Assembly (NCBI RefSeq): GCF_000582535.1 | Contig: NZ_CP006932.1 | Location: 330,001 to 362,000 of the forward strand | From: Candidatus Saccharimonadota bacterium | GTDB lineage: Bacteria > Bacillota_I > Bacilli_A > Mycoplasmatales > Hepatoplasmataceae | DNA length: 32,000 bases | Reading direction: 5' to 3' | Shown here: in pieces, positions 30,913 through 32,000 of the stretch | Layout: the number at the start of each line of letters is the position of its first letter | How positions within the stretch are numbered: position 1 is the stretch's first letter | The notes under the pieces: model-generated | Databases searched by the model: none | Told to the model about the DNA's origin: nothing | Seen by the model: the letters and a program-made list of their open reading frames with translations, nothing else | Position numbers and translations under genes: made by a program

Positions 30913-31573
30913 TGAGACGAATCAAATATTAGATATCATTTCTACTAAAGTCATAAATATAATAAAAGAAAAAGAAGATGCTAATTTACTGATTACTTCT
31001 GAAAAAGAATTAATAAGTCTCTATCAACAAATTGTAAATAAATATCAAAATCAAATAATTAGTTTTGTTCAATCTAAAGTTTTTATTTTAAGTGAATATA
31101 TAAATTCAATTCAAGAAAAAGTAGATTCATTAAATAAAATAATTGATAATAATTTAATTAAAAAAATCGATATCAAACAAGAAAATTTTCATTTTCCAAA
31201 AGATGTTTATTCTTATAATCAAATTATTAATAACATTTCCTTTTTTGATTTTACTTTACTTTATTTAGATGACGATTTTAAAATTTCTTTTAATCACTTA
31301 GATGGAAAATTAATTAATCAAACTAAAATAATTGGATTATCTGATCGTTCAATTAGAAACAGATTTAAAGAAGAAAAAGACCATCCACATCTTGCAATTA
31401 CAATGGGAATAAAAGATATTTTTTATAAAAGTAAGGAAATAAATCTTTTAATATTAGGAAATAATAAAAAGCAAATTTTAAATAAAATAGAAAATAAGAA
31501 AAAAAATGATTCTTTATTTCTTAAATTTTTATTGAACCATCAAAATATTACAATATTTACTGATATAAGATAA
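30896..31573 (+). CDS. NagB-fold (glucosamine-6-phosphate deaminase/isomerase-like) protein with non-canonical active-site motifs (225 aa)
   Basis: It is colinear with NagB. MKIIRSE...IKEKEDANLLITSEKEL(for GLATGxTP)...ISF...VFILSEY(for NLDEY)...FDFTLLYLDDDFKISFNHL(for LLGIGxNGHIGFNEP)...PHLAITMGIKDI...INLLILGNNKKQIL. The ATG at 30896 is preferred over the track TTG at 30851. It overlaps the nagA 3' end by 17 nt. Confidence 0.7.
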   Translation: MKIIRSETNQILDIISTKVINIIKEKEDANLLITSEKELISLYQQIVNKYQNQIISFVQSKVFILSEYINSIQEKVDSLNKIIDNNLIKKIDIKQENFHFPKDVYSYNQIINNISFFDFTLLYLDDDFKISFNHLDGKLINQTKIIGLSDRSIRNRFKEEKDHPHLAITMGIKDIFYKSKEINLLILGNNKKQILNKIENKKKNDSLFLKFLLNHQNITIFTDIR

Positions 31574-31590
31574 TATAGTTTGTGATTAAT

Positions 31591-31923
31591 ATGGAAAATT
31601 ATAATAAAAATAATTATAAATTAAGTATAGAAACAAATAATTTTCAAAGTGAAAAACCTGATTTAATAGTTTTATTTTGTTTGAAAGAATTTAAAAATGA
31701 AATTAAAGAAATTGATAAAAAGTTTCACTCATTTATTCATTGATATGATGAAAAATTTAAGAAAATTTATGAAATCAAAAAAAATTTTAACGAATTTTTA
31801 AAATTAAAAAATTCAAGTGAGAATAATTCAATTTTATATAGCGGATTGGAAAATAAAATAGATAAATATAGTAAAAAAATAAATAAATATAAAAAAGAGT
31901 ATCAAGATATTTTTTTTAACTAA
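31591..31923 (+). CDS. hypothetical small K/N/E-rich protein (110 aa)
   Basis: ATG 31591 to TAA 31921-31923 with one in-frame TGA (..SFIHWYDEKF..). No motif recognised. It lies 18 nt after the NagB-like gene on the same strand. Confidence 0.45.
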
Positions 31924-32000
31924 AATTAGAATAAAAAGAGAAGGGGGAGTTAGATTATTATCAATAGTGGGATATAATTTGAAAACAGATGGTTCAATTC

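Noticed and set aside
1-32000. Massive pseudogenisation, since most conserved genes appear as 60-140-aa fragments in the ORF track
   Set aside because: All fragments of each gene share one frame and are separated only by TGA, often at conserved Trp positions. This is a code-4 artefact of the standard-code track, not gene decay. The sole exception is the alaS 5' region, reported separately.
31924-32000. A GC-enriched stretch (agaagggggag...) at the window edge, as a gene start, Shine-Dalgarno or small RNA
   Set aside because: No start codon lies at a sensible distance from the GGGGGAG. The frames downstream contain stops or are too short before the window ends. There is no tRNA- or tmRNA-like 5' sequence. 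The sequence is insufficient to call anything.

Overview
This is a very AT-rich chromosomal segment (roughly 20-25% G+C by eye, not computed). It only reads coherently under genetic code 4 (TGA=Trp). Conserved proteins such as FtsZ, AlaRS, LeuRS, NrdE, PlsY and an MIP channel are split by TGA in the supplied standard-code track. They rejoin in a single frame, with TGA falling at conserved Trp positions (for example LeuRS QRYWGEP). The gene content (Prp-processed L27, class Ib nrdIEF, plsY, nagA/nagB, udk, ruvX) points to a Mollicutes (mycoplasma-like) genome. I could not run a database search, so every family call rests on motifs read from my own translation. I call 30 CDS and found no rRNA, tRNA, CRISPR array, transposase or integrase. 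Genes from 7214 to 29464 form one long co-directional minus-strand block: leuS, nrdI-E-F, four paralogous membrane genes, alaS, ruvX, udk, greA, rplU-prp-rpmA, a transporter, ftsZ, two coiled-coil genes and nadE. Main points for follow-up, in window order: (1) 3324-4907 is one 527-aa fusion of an OLD/AAA_15-type ABC ATPase with a C-terminal HEPN-like (R-x6-H) domain, a candidate single-gene defence or anticodon-nuclease module. (2) alaS needs two compensating frame corrections at homopolymer runs near its 5' end. (3) 19665-23988 holds four intact tandem paralogues of an unrecognised 6-TM membrane protein family with a conserved ~110-aa aromatic-rich loop, immediately downstream of nrdF. (4) LeuRS completely lacks the CP1 editing domain. 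(5) The NagB-fold protein downstream of nagA has its canonical substrate-binding and catalytic motifs replaced.
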